A stretch of DNA of 64,000 nt from Desulfomicrobium sp. Lineage in GTDB: Bacteria; Desulfobacterota; Desulfovibrionia; Desulfovibrionales; Desulfomicrobiaceae. Location: positions 1,728,001 to 1,792,000 of the forward strand of contig JAXGMI010000001.1 of the NCBI GenBank assembly GCA_040768745.1, in the 5' to 3' direction. A program made the translations under genes and the position numbers. This document shows, one piece after another, positions 39,316-47,158 of the stretch. Each line of letters begins with the position of its first letter. Position 1 is the first letter of the stretch. The notes under the pieces were generated by a model, which was not told the DNA's origin, searched no databases, and was given only the letters and a program-made list of their open reading frames with translations.

Positions 39316-40082
39316 AGCGCTCTCCAGGATTCGAGCTTCCAGTGGATGAATTCCATGACTTCCTCATGTTCGTTCTTGCCGGCGCCCCGGATATGGATCG
39401 GGCTGCCAAGGGAGAAGTGCACCGGGATTTCAGGATGGATCGGACCGTAATCCTTAATCAGGGACCCTACACCCCAGGCATCGGTCTTAAGGGCCAGTGG
39501 GAGGACTGGCACCCCGGCCTTCTTGGCCAGCTTGATGCCGATGGTGTTGAAGGCCGCGCGGTTGAGGCTCGGGGTCCGCGTGGTCTGGGGGAAGATGATG
39601 AGGGAAATGCCGCGCGCGAGCCGCTCCACGCCTTCGTCCATGACAATCCTGAAATCGTCGCGGGGATTGACCCGGTCCACGGCAATGGGCTCGATGGCGT
39701 TCACCACGTGTCTGAAAACGGGGTAGGTGGTCAGGCTGCGTTTGAGCACAAAGGTGACGGGCCGGATGGGCGCCAGGAGTCCAGGGAGGATGAAGGTTTC
39801 CAGGGTGGACATGTGATTGGCTACGATGACGCAGGGCCCGGGCAGACTGGTGAAGGCATTGATGTTCTCTGCGTGCAGGCGCAGCCCGCAGGCCTCGCAC
39901 GCGTTGCGAAAAGCGATGCTGTCCTCGGCCCACTCGGCCATGGAGTATCGCTTGCGGGTCCGCCATGCTGCCTGGAAGACGATGGCCAGGGTCCTGGCAT
40001 AGAAGACCAGGCTCGGAAACATCCTGCTCAGCGTGGACAGGGGACGATCCGGGGTTGTGTAGGTGTCGGAAATGGTGGTCAT
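39312..40082 (-). CDS. Lysophospholipid acyltransferase (PlsC-like)
   Basis: NHMSTLE, IFPQTTR, VLPLALKT; start 40082. Confidence 0.82.
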   Translation of the reverse strand: MTTISDTYTTPDRPLSTLSRMFPSLVFYARTLAIVFQAAWRTRKRYSMAEWAEDSIAFRNACEACGLRLHAENINAFTSLPGPCVIVANHMSTLETFILPGLLAPIRPVTFVLKRSLTTYPVFRHVVNAIEPIAVDRVNPRDDFRIVMDEGVERLARGISLIIFPQTTRTPSLNRAAFNTIGIKLAKKAGVPVLPLALKTDAWGVGSLIKDYGPIHPEIPVHFSLGSPIHIRGAGKNEHEEVMEFIHWKLESWRAL

Positions 40083-40123
40083 GGCGTGTCGGGGTTGAGG
40101 TTTGGATTCGGGATGCGGGCGGA

Positions 40124-40783
40124 TCAGGCGCCAGTCCATGCTTTGACTGAACGGCAGATGAACAGGAATCCGTATCCACACAGTATCAGACTCAGGATTT
40201 TCAGGCTGAGGATATACGGCCGGTTGCCCAGAAAACACGCGCTGCGGCCGACCAGCACCGCCACCACGGCCTTGCTGCCAACCAGGAGCGTGTAGAATGA
40301 GGCGACGAACAGGACGGCCGCATTCAGGGAATGGTGCAGGAGTTGGGTCATAGCCGGCACGCCTATGGTCAGCCAGAAAATGTAGGGATTGGGGTTCAGC
40401 AGGTTGACCATCACGGCCTTGCGCAGGGACGGAATCGCCGTGTCGGACACGATCGGGATGGAGGCTCGATACACCCGGGGTTTCAGACCCCTGAGGCCGA
40501 TCCAGGTCAGATAGACGCCTCCGACCAAGCCCAGGCCGATTTCCAAGGCGCGGTGATCTGGCAAAAGCCAATGCATGCCCAGGGCCAGGGCGATGATGGG
40601 CAGGTCTGAACAGATGGGAGCCATGGCAACCATGAACCCGGCCCGGATCCCGTGGCGCAGAGTTTCGGAGAGCATGAGGGTCAGGAGCGGTCCTGGGGAG
40701 AGTCCGGCGGACAGACCCAGGACGAGACCGGTGGTAGCTGGAGCGGTGATGTCGAGCATGTTCTGCGGGATGAAGGTTGACAC
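40124..40783 (-). CDS. LysE-family translocator
   Basis: SPGP, NLLNP.P..FW, six hydrophobic segments; AGGAG before GTG. Confidence 0.85.
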   Translation of the reverse strand: MSTFIPQNMLDITAPATTGLVLGLSAGLSPGPLLTLMLSETLRHGIRAGFMVAMAPICSDLPIIALALGMHWLLPDHRALEIGLGLVGGVYLTWIGLRGLKPRVYRASIPIVSDTAIPSLRKAVMVNLLNPNPYIFWLTIGVPAMTQLLHHSLNAAVLFVASFYTLLVGSKAVVAVLVGRSACFLGNRPYILSLKILSLILCGYGFLFICRSVKAWTGA

Positions 40784-40826
40784 GGTCCGTGTCTCCTAGC
40801 CCAGTCAGGGCCGGTTCGTCACCCCA

Positions 40827-41243
40827 TCACAGGGCCTGGTTCAGTTTTTTCAGCATGGCCTGCAAGCACAAAGCTTCTCCAGCGGGCAGGGCCGAATTCA
40901 GTTTGTGGGCCAGGTTGAGGTGATGGGCGTGATGTTCCTGGAAGAGGACTCGACCTTGTTCAGTCAGCCCTACCAGGATGGAGCGGCGGTCCGTTTCGTG
41001 GGGGATGCGCGCCACCAGCCCGAGTTTTTCCAGGCGGTCTACGTTGACCGTCAGGGTCCCGGTAGTCACGCCCATCTTGGCCGCGAGCTCCTTCATGCGC
41101 AGGGGGGGGTGTTGTCCCAGGATCTCCAGGGTGTGCATCTGCGGCAGGGTGATGGGAGTGTCCCTGACCACGGCCTGCTCCCAGGACGACAGTTTCTCGT
41201 AGAATTCGACGAGCAGGTCGCTCAGACGTTCGAGGTCACCCAT
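40827..41243 (-). CDS. MarR-family transcriptional regulator with His cluster
   Basis: LRMKELAAKMGVTTGTLT..VDRL, DRRS, LTEQG...EHHAHH; start 41243 overlaps the CDF stop. Confidence 0.88.
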   Translation of the reverse strand: MGDLERLSDLLVEFYEKLSSWEQAVVRDTPITLPQMHTLEILGQHPPLRMKELAAKMGVTTGTLTVNVDRLEKLGLVARIPHETDRRSILVGLTEQGRVLFQEHHAHHLNLAHKLNSALPAGEALCLQAMLKKLNQAL

Positions 41244-42159
41244 GGCTGGACTCCAGGCAGGGGTGGTTGCCGCTCTCGGCCGGACAGGGACAGGCGTGGA
41301 CCTCCACAGTGACGCGACCGAGATGGGGCACTCCGACCACAAGTTCCTTGTAATATTCCGGGGGCCGGGGCGTAGTGTCCTCCACGGTGAGGTGGGCCGC
41401 CAGGCGTCGGGGGCCCACGTTCCAGACATAGAGGTCCCGGACCCGGACTTCGCCGCCGTGCTCAATGCGTTGAGTGATCTGCTTGTGCAGGCTCGGGTCG
41501 GCGCGGTGGTCCAGGAGGACCCTGGCGGTCTGGCGCAACAGGCCCAGGGCCCAGCGGCCTACGACCAGCGCCCCGACGATGCCCATGACCGGGTCCAGCC
41601 AAGCCAGACCCCAGAATCTGCCGCCCAGGAGGGCCATGATGGCCAGGATCGAGGTCAAGGCATCGGCCAAAACGTGCATATAGGCGGCCTTCAGGTTATG
41701 GTCGTGGTCGTGGACATGGTCCTCGTCGCGCAGCCACCAGGCGCTCACCAGGTTGACCGTCAGGCCGATGACGGCCACCAGGGTTGCGGGGCCGAAAGAG
41801 ATGGGTACGGGAGACACGATTCGCATGACCGACTCCGCGCCCATGAAGGCGGCCACGAGGAACAGGCCCACGGCCGAGGCAAACCCGGCCAGGGCGTTGA
41901 CCTTGCCGGCTCCGAAGACAAGATCCGGGTTGTCGGCGTTGCGGCGGGCCCAGAAATAGGCGAACCAGGCCACGGCCATGGCTCCGGCGTGGCTGGCCAT
42001 GTGCCATCCGTCGGCCAGCAGGGCCATGGAGCCGAAGAGCCAGCCTGAGATAATCTCCACGGCCATGGTGGCCATGGTAAGCCAGAAGACGAGGCGCGTG
42101 CCGCGTTCGCCGTATTCATGGTCGTGGTTGTGCCCGGAGGAACAGGAGTGGTCGTGCAT
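41236..42159 (-). CDS. dmeF: CDF-family metal efflux transporter, DmeF-like (Co/Ni)
   Basis: SMALLADGWHM, His-rich N-terminus and loop, AAYMHVLADALTS, WLDP, VTVEV. Confidence 0.85.
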   Translation of the reverse strand: MHDHSCSSGHNHDHEYGERGTRLVFWLTMATMAVEIISGWLFGSMALLADGWHMASHAGAMAVAWFAYFWARRNADNPDLVFGAGKVNALAGFASAVGLFLVAAFMGAESVMRIVSPVPISFGPATLVAVIGLTVNLVSAWWLRDEDHVHDHDHNLKAAYMHVLADALTSILAIMALLGGRFWGLAWLDPVMGIVGALVVGRWALGLLRQTARVLLDHRADPSLHKQITQRIEHGGEVRVRDLYVWNVGPRRLAAHLTVEDTTPRPPEYYKELVVGVPHLGRVTVEVHACPCPAESGNHPCLESSHG

Positions 42160-42174
42160 GGGGTCCTCTATTTG

Positions 42175-42229
42175 TTTGATTGTCTCAAATTTTGAATATC
42201 AAATAAAAATGGAAATTTTGATTGTCAAA
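42175..42229. promoter_or_regulatory. dmeF promoter with three TTTGA-N3/5-TCAAA inverted repeats
   Basis: Boxes at 42175-42189, 42191-42203 and 42217-42229; minus-strand TTGACA(42228-42223)-17 nt-TATTTG. Confidence 0.65.
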
Positions 42230-42399
42230 CTGAATTTTGGACGTGGCGGAAAGGTGCACAACGCCCCGTTGCCGCAGCAGGAGCAGTGGTCCCGACTCCC
42301 TGTTCCGGTCGCGGACGGGACTGCCGGCTCTTGTCCGGGGATTGACAATTGCCGCGCGCTTTGAAAATCCCGGGAACAAATATTTTTCTGGAGGCAACA

Positions 42400-42666
42400 G
42401 TGCAGGACAAGGACGGAATATTCTACTACCCCTACCCGGCCAAGAAGCGCATCCGCATGTACGTGCGCGAAAACGAGGGCAACATCGAGTTCCGGATGAG
42501 CAACGCCGATTATCCCGAGATCTGGGAGAAGCATGGCTGGATCGACATCGACATCGTCCGCCGCGGCGCCAAGATGTACGAGGAGCGCGGCTCCAAGGGC
42601 GATCCGACGAAGATTTACGACTTGGAGATGGCCCGTTATCTCATCAAAGAATCCAAGAAGAAGTGA
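42400..42666 (+). CDS. Small hypothetical protein (88 aa)
   Basis: GGAGG then GTG; GIFYYPYP..KRIRMYVRE...FRM.N...PEIWEKHGW; TGATG overlap with trpF. Confidence 0.75.
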   Translation: MQDKDGIFYYPYPAKKRIRMYVRENEGNIEFRMSNADYPEIWEKHGWIDIDIVRRGAKMYEERGSKGDPTKIYDLEMARYLIKESKKK

Positions 42667-43382
42667 TGAGGACGGGCCCGGACCTGGCCATTGCCGGCCT
42701 CGTGCAGGTAGCCGGTATCCGCAGCCTGGCCGAGGCGCGCATGGTCAGGGCCTGCGGGGTGGATTTCCTCGGCTTTCCCCTGCGGCTGTCGGTGCATGAT
42801 CCTGATACGACCGAGGATGATGCTCGCTCGATCATGGCTGCGGTGGGTCCGCAGAACTGCGTTCTGATCACGTACGAGACGGATCCATACAGCCTTTTGG
42901 CATTCTGTCGTTTTCTGGGGGTGGACATTGTCCAGCTCCATGCCGACGTCCCGCCTGAAACCATACGCCTAATAAAAGCCAGAGCTGCTCTCCGCATCAT
43001 CAAAAGTTACGTCGTGGGTCGGGACTCCTTGAGTCCAAAGGATTTTGTACGGGCCTATGCCGTATCCTGTGATGCCTTCATTACCGATACCTTCGATCCC
43101 GTCAGCGGGGCCAGCGGCGCCACGGGGAAGACCCATGACTGGACCGTCAGCGCCGAGCTGGTCCGCTGTTCCACACGACCGGTCATCCTGGCCGGAGGGC
43201 TGGATCCGGACAATGTGCGGGAGGCCATCAGAATCGTGCGTCCTGCAGCCGTGGACGCACACACCGGCGTGGAAGCCCCCGATGGATCCAAGGATGAAAC
43301 CCTGGTGCGTTCCTTCGTGCAGGAGGCCCGGGTCGGGTTTGCGCATGTGCTCGATCATGCCCAGTGGGGGCGTCCACGGTAA
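42666..43382 (+). CDS. trpF: Phosphoribosylanthranilate isomerase
   Basis: VQLH, GATGKTHDW, ILAGGLDPDNV, VDAHTGVE...KD. Confidence 0.85.
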   Translation: MRTGPDLAIAGLVQVAGIRSLAEARMVRACGVDFLGFPLRLSVHDPDTTEDDARSIMAAVGPQNCVLITYETDPYSLLAFCRFLGVDIVQLHADVPPETIRLIKARAALRIIKSYVVGRDSLSPKDFVRAYAVSCDAFITDTFDPVSGASGATGKTHDWTVSAELVRCSTRPVILAGGLDPDNVREAIRIVRPAAVDAHTGVEAPDGSKDETLVRSFVQEARVGFAHVLDHAQWGRPR

Positions 43383-43395
43383 GGGCCTCCACATT

Positions 43396-44386
43396 TCAGG
43401 TTGAATTCCTGGGCAAGATGGGAATACTTTCCCCGTGCCGGACCACGAAAATCTCCTCTTCGGAAATCCCCGCCTTTTTCAGGGCCAGTGCCAAGTCCCG
43501 AGGAGGCTGGTCCAGAGGCTCGTCCGAGATGCCATTGAACGTACCCCAATGGATGCCCAGGGACCTTCGGGCTCGGATGTCTCTGTGTACCCGCACCGCT
43601 TCGTCGGGATTCACATGCTGGTTGCACATGAACCAGCGTGGTTCATACGCCCCGATGGGGATGGCCGCTAGGTCGAAGGGGCCGTAGCGGTGTCCAATTA
43701 CCGTACAGTCAGCGGAATACCCGAGATCACCTGCGAAGAAAAATCGGGTTTGCGGTGTCCGGAGCGCGAATCCCCCCCCACAGAGACCGGTTTGTGTCCG
43801 CCAGATTGCGTCCGCTCCAATGCTGCACCGCCACAAAGACGATTTCAAGTTCATCCATCTGCACTGACTCATCCCACCCCATGGTCCGGATTTTTGCGCG
43901 AGGAACGTTGGACGCAAACCAGTGGTCAAGCCCCAGAGGAACAAGAAAAAGGAGTTTATTGTTCCGTTCGGCCAAGATCTGCACCGATGCACGATCGAGG
44001 TGGTCGTAATGATTGTGCGAAATAAGCACCACATCGATGTCCGGCAGGTCATGCAGGGTGATGCCCGGAGCCTGCCACCGCTTCGGCCCCAGTCCCGGCA
44101 ACGGCGAGGCATGAAGAGAGAAATGGGGATCAGTCAGTATGTTGCGTTTGCCCATCTGCACCAGCAGAGTGGAATGACCAATCCAGGTCACGTTTCCGTC
44201 GCAGTGGTCGCCGTGGATCAGGCTCAGATTTGGTTTTGCGGGCGAGAGCTCCTGGTTGGGAGGCATGGGCAGACCCCGCCGGCGACGTTCGCGGTGCCAG
44301 CGCAGGAGATCGGTGAGGGTGGGGCGGCCGTGCGGGTGGCGGTTTTGAAAAGGAGGTGTGGCCCGGTGGAGAAGCCTCCAGGCCAT
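43396..44386 (-). pseudogene. MBL-fold metallo-hydrolase (NAPE-PLD/RomA-like), +1 frameshift at a G8 run
   Basis: N-part WIGHST, TDP.FS, SHNHYDHLD, QHWSGR, SLWG; C-part FFAGDLGY, PIGAYEPRWFM, IHWGTF; junction at C8 43772-43779. Confidence 0.8.
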
Positions 44387-44420
44387 GGACAGGGGGGAAA
44401 TGGAGGCCGCCCGCCCTTGG

Positions 44421-45059
44421 CTATCGTGAATTGATGGTGATCGCTTCAAGCGTGGTCAAGTTGGTCCTGGTGCGGGTCCCGGGGGCGTTGACCAGGTGCC
44501 AGGCCGTGTACTGTTCCGCATAGAGGGTGCCGGCAGACATGCCATCCACGGGCACGATGACGGAAAGTCCACGCATGGCGGCGCCGGTGGACGTGTGCAG
44601 GACTGCTCCCTCTGCTGTCGTGCCGGTGACGATGACGGTGTTGACCCCGAGTTTTTTCAGGATGCTGTCGAGTTCTGTGTTGTAGAATTTGTCGACCGTG
44701 GACTGGACAATGGGCTCTGCCGGCAGGGGTCTGGCCGGTGGCAGGATGCTCTCCGGCGTGCCCCTGGTGGTCAGGCTGTGCACCACGGGCATGCCCGCTG
44801 CCCTGGCCTTGGCCAGGAACGCTCCGATTCTGGGTGCGGACTCCACACAGCGCGGACGAACCTCCATGTTGCAGGTACGCTCCTCAATGTCGAGGACGAG
44901 CAAGGCCGTGTCCGTGGCGTTCACCGTTACGGCCTTGAGTTCCACGGGCGCTGGAGGCTGGACGGCGGCCCATTCGTCGACAATGGTTCCGGCCGCGGCT
45001 GCGGACGGAACCAGAAGCAGGATTGCCAGCATGATGTTGACGACGCGTGATGTTTTCAT
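44421..45059 (-). CDS. Exported isochorismatase/cysteine-hydrolase family protein
   Basis: Signal peptide, TALLVLD, DKFYNTELD..L, IVTGTTAEGAV..T...A..RG. Confidence 0.8.
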   Translation of the reverse strand: MKTSRVVNIMLAILLLVPSAAAAGTIVDEWAAVQPPAPVELKAVTVNATDTALLVLDIEERTCNMEVRPRCVESAPRIGAFLAKARAAGMPVVHSLTTRGTPESILPPARPLPAEPIVQSTVDKFYNTELDSILKKLGVNTVIVTGTTAEGAVLHTSTGAAMRGLSVIVPVDGMSAGTLYAEQYTAWHLVNAPGTRTRTNLTTLEAITINSR

Positions 45060-45105
45060 GAAATCCTCCCGTGTGGTTGCCCAGGGTTAGGCGGTCGGAG
45101 CCCCT

Positions 45106-45558
45106 TCAGCGTGATTCCACCGGCGCCAGGACATTGTCCGGGGCCTTGCTGCCGGCCTTGCGGATATTGTACACCCCGCGGCCCTCGGCAATGACCACGT
45201 CCGGATCGGTGGCGGAGTAGACCTGTACCGTGGCGTTGCCGACCCGATTGCCAAGGAGCTTCACTTCACCGATGGCGATGAGATCCGCAGGATCGGCCGG
45301 CCGCAGGTAGTCCACCCGCATGTCGATGGTGGCCACCCTGTCCCTGACCGAGCAGGCCGCCCACACAGCCGAGCCGGCGCATGTGTCCGCCAGCATGGAA
45401 ATGAGCCCGCCATGCAGGGCCGGCCGTCGGGGATCACCTATGAATTCAGGTCGGTACGGCATGCGCAAACGAGCGTACCCGGGCCGGATCTCCTCCACTT
45501 GCAGCCCCAGGAAACGGTCAAAAGGGATTTCCCGTTCAATGATGTGGCGAATGTCCAT
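45106..45558 (-). CDS. PaaI-family (hotdog) thioesterase
   Basis: LHGGLISMLAD, TIDMRVDYLRP. Confidence 0.87.
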   Translation of the reverse strand: MDIRHIIEREIPFDRFLGLQVEEIRPGYARLRMPYRPEFIGDPRRPALHGGLISMLADTCAGSAVWAACSVRDRVATIDMRVDYLRPADPADLIAIGEVKLLGNRVGNATVQVYSATDPDVVIAEGRGVYNIRKAGSKAPDNVLAPVESR

Positions 45559-45713
45559 GCGGCACCTCGTTGGGAATGTTAGGATTACAACATGGGGAAA
45601 GAAGGGTGCTGCGTCAAGGGCAGGAATGCATTTTTTGGCTGCCTCAGGCCGCGTTGACAGGCGTCCTGGGTCGGTTTAACCACATCAAGATCATTCAAAT
45701 TCAACCCCCAGCC

Positions 45714-46337
45714 ATGCCAGCCGAACGCCCCTCACGCCCTGAAACCACCATCCGCGAGATGGAACTGGACGACCTCGCGCCCGTATATCACATGGGGGAG
45801 CGCCTGTTCACCTGCGACCTCTATCCTTTCCTGTACCGCACCTGGGACGAGTGGGAAGTTGTCGGACACTACAACACGGATCCGGAATTCAGCCTCGTGG
45901 CCGAGGTGGACGATGTTCTGGCCGGATTCATCCTCGGCACCCTTATCAGCAAGGCCTCGTGGACCTATGGGTACATTGTCTGGCTGGGAGTGGACAGGCC
46001 CTATCAATCCACGGGGGTGGCTCACAGGCTCTATGACCGTCTTGTGGAGCGCATGGTCGAGGCCGGGGCGCGCTACCTCATTGCCGATACCGATCCGAGC
46101 AATACCGCGGCGCTGAAGTTCTTCACCAAGAAAGGCTTTAAGGACGAGCGCAAGCATGTGGTCCTGTCCCTCAACCTCAGCCGGACCGAACGCTACCGTG
46201 CCATTCTGGACCGGCATGGCGAAGGGCATGGCGACGGGGAAGCCAAGCCCCGCAGATCACGGGGTGTCAAGACTGTGTCCAAGGCAGGCCAGCAGAAGCA
46301 CCTCTGTGGGACACCATTACTGGATGAGGAATCCTAG
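45714..46337 (+). CDS. GNAT N-acetyltransferase
   Basis: IREMELDD, WLGVDRPYQSTGVA, NTAALKFF.KKGF; start uncertain. Confidence 0.85.
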   Translation: MPAERPSRPETTIREMELDDLAPVYHMGERLFTCDLYPFLYRTWDEWEVVGHYNTDPEFSLVAEVDDVLAGFILGTLISKASWTYGYIVWLGVDRPYQSTGVAHRLYDRLVERMVEAGARYLIADTDPSNTAALKFFTKKGFKDERKHVVLSLNLSRTERYRAILDRHGEGHGDGEAKPRRSRGVKTVSKAGQQKHLCGTPLLDEES

Positions 46338-46345
46338 CCGCGGCT

Positions 46346-47158
46346 TCAGTAACGGCGTTGGCAGTCCGGGCAATGGGTCGAGGTGCGACCCGCGATCTGT
46401 GACGTCGTCAGCGGCCGGCCGCAGGCAGGACAGGGCCTGTTCCTTTTGCCGTACACATTGAAGTGTTCCTGGAATATGCCGCTTTTGCCGTAGGCGTTGC
46501 GGAAATCACTGATGGTGCTGCCGCCGGCCTCAATGGCATCAAGCAGGATGCGGCGCAGTTCAGTGAACAGGGTGACGCGTCGGGGGCGTGGGATGTTGGA
46601 GGCGATACTGGCCGGATGGATGCGGGCTGCAAAGAGGGACTCGTCAGCGTAGATGTTGCCGATGCCGGCCAAAACCCTCTGATCCAGGAGCAGGCCTTTC
46701 ACCCCCGCACGACGTGCGCCAATGCACTGCGCCAGCTCTTCGGCGCTGGTTTCCAGTGGTTCAGGCCCCAGACTTCGAAAGAATTTCCAGCCATCGAGAT
46801 CCTCGGGTTCGAAGATGCCCCAGAAGCCGAACCGGCGTTGGTCCTCGAAGACGATCCTGTCCCCTTCCGCCAGTTCGAGCACCAGATGCGCGTGCCTGGG
46901 CAAATTCCGGTCCGGGCCAGCCAGCCACACCCGTCCGGTCATCTTCAAGTGGAATGCGAGCAGGCTGCCCCCTTCGAGGTCGAGCAGCAGAAGCTTGGCC
47001 CGGCGGTGGACGCGAAGGATGGCCTGCCCGTCCAGTCGCGACGGATCGCCAGCGCGCAGGACGCTTTTGGTCAGCACGCGGTGCGACGCGATGCGTTTCC
47101 CGTGGACAAGGGTGTGCAGGCCGCGGGCGATGGTTTCGACTTCAGGAAGTTCGGGCAT
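46346..47158 (-). CDS. mutM: Formamidopyrimidine-DNA glycosylase
   Basis: MPELPEVET, HLKMTG, GIGNIYADE, CPAC...CPDCQ. Confidence 0.95.
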   Translation of the reverse strand: MPELPEVETIARGLHTLVHGKRIASHRVLTKSVLRAGDPSRLDGQAILRVHRRAKLLLLDLEGGSLLAFHLKMTGRVWLAGPDRNLPRHAHLVLELAEGDRIVFEDQRRFGFWGIFEPEDLDGWKFFRSLGPEPLETSAEELAQCIGARRAGVKGLLLDQRVLAGIGNIYADESLFAARIHPASIASNIPRPRRVTLFTELRRILLDAIEAGGSTISDFRNAYGKSGIFQEHFNVYGKRNRPCPACGRPLTTSQIAGRTSTHCPDCQRRY

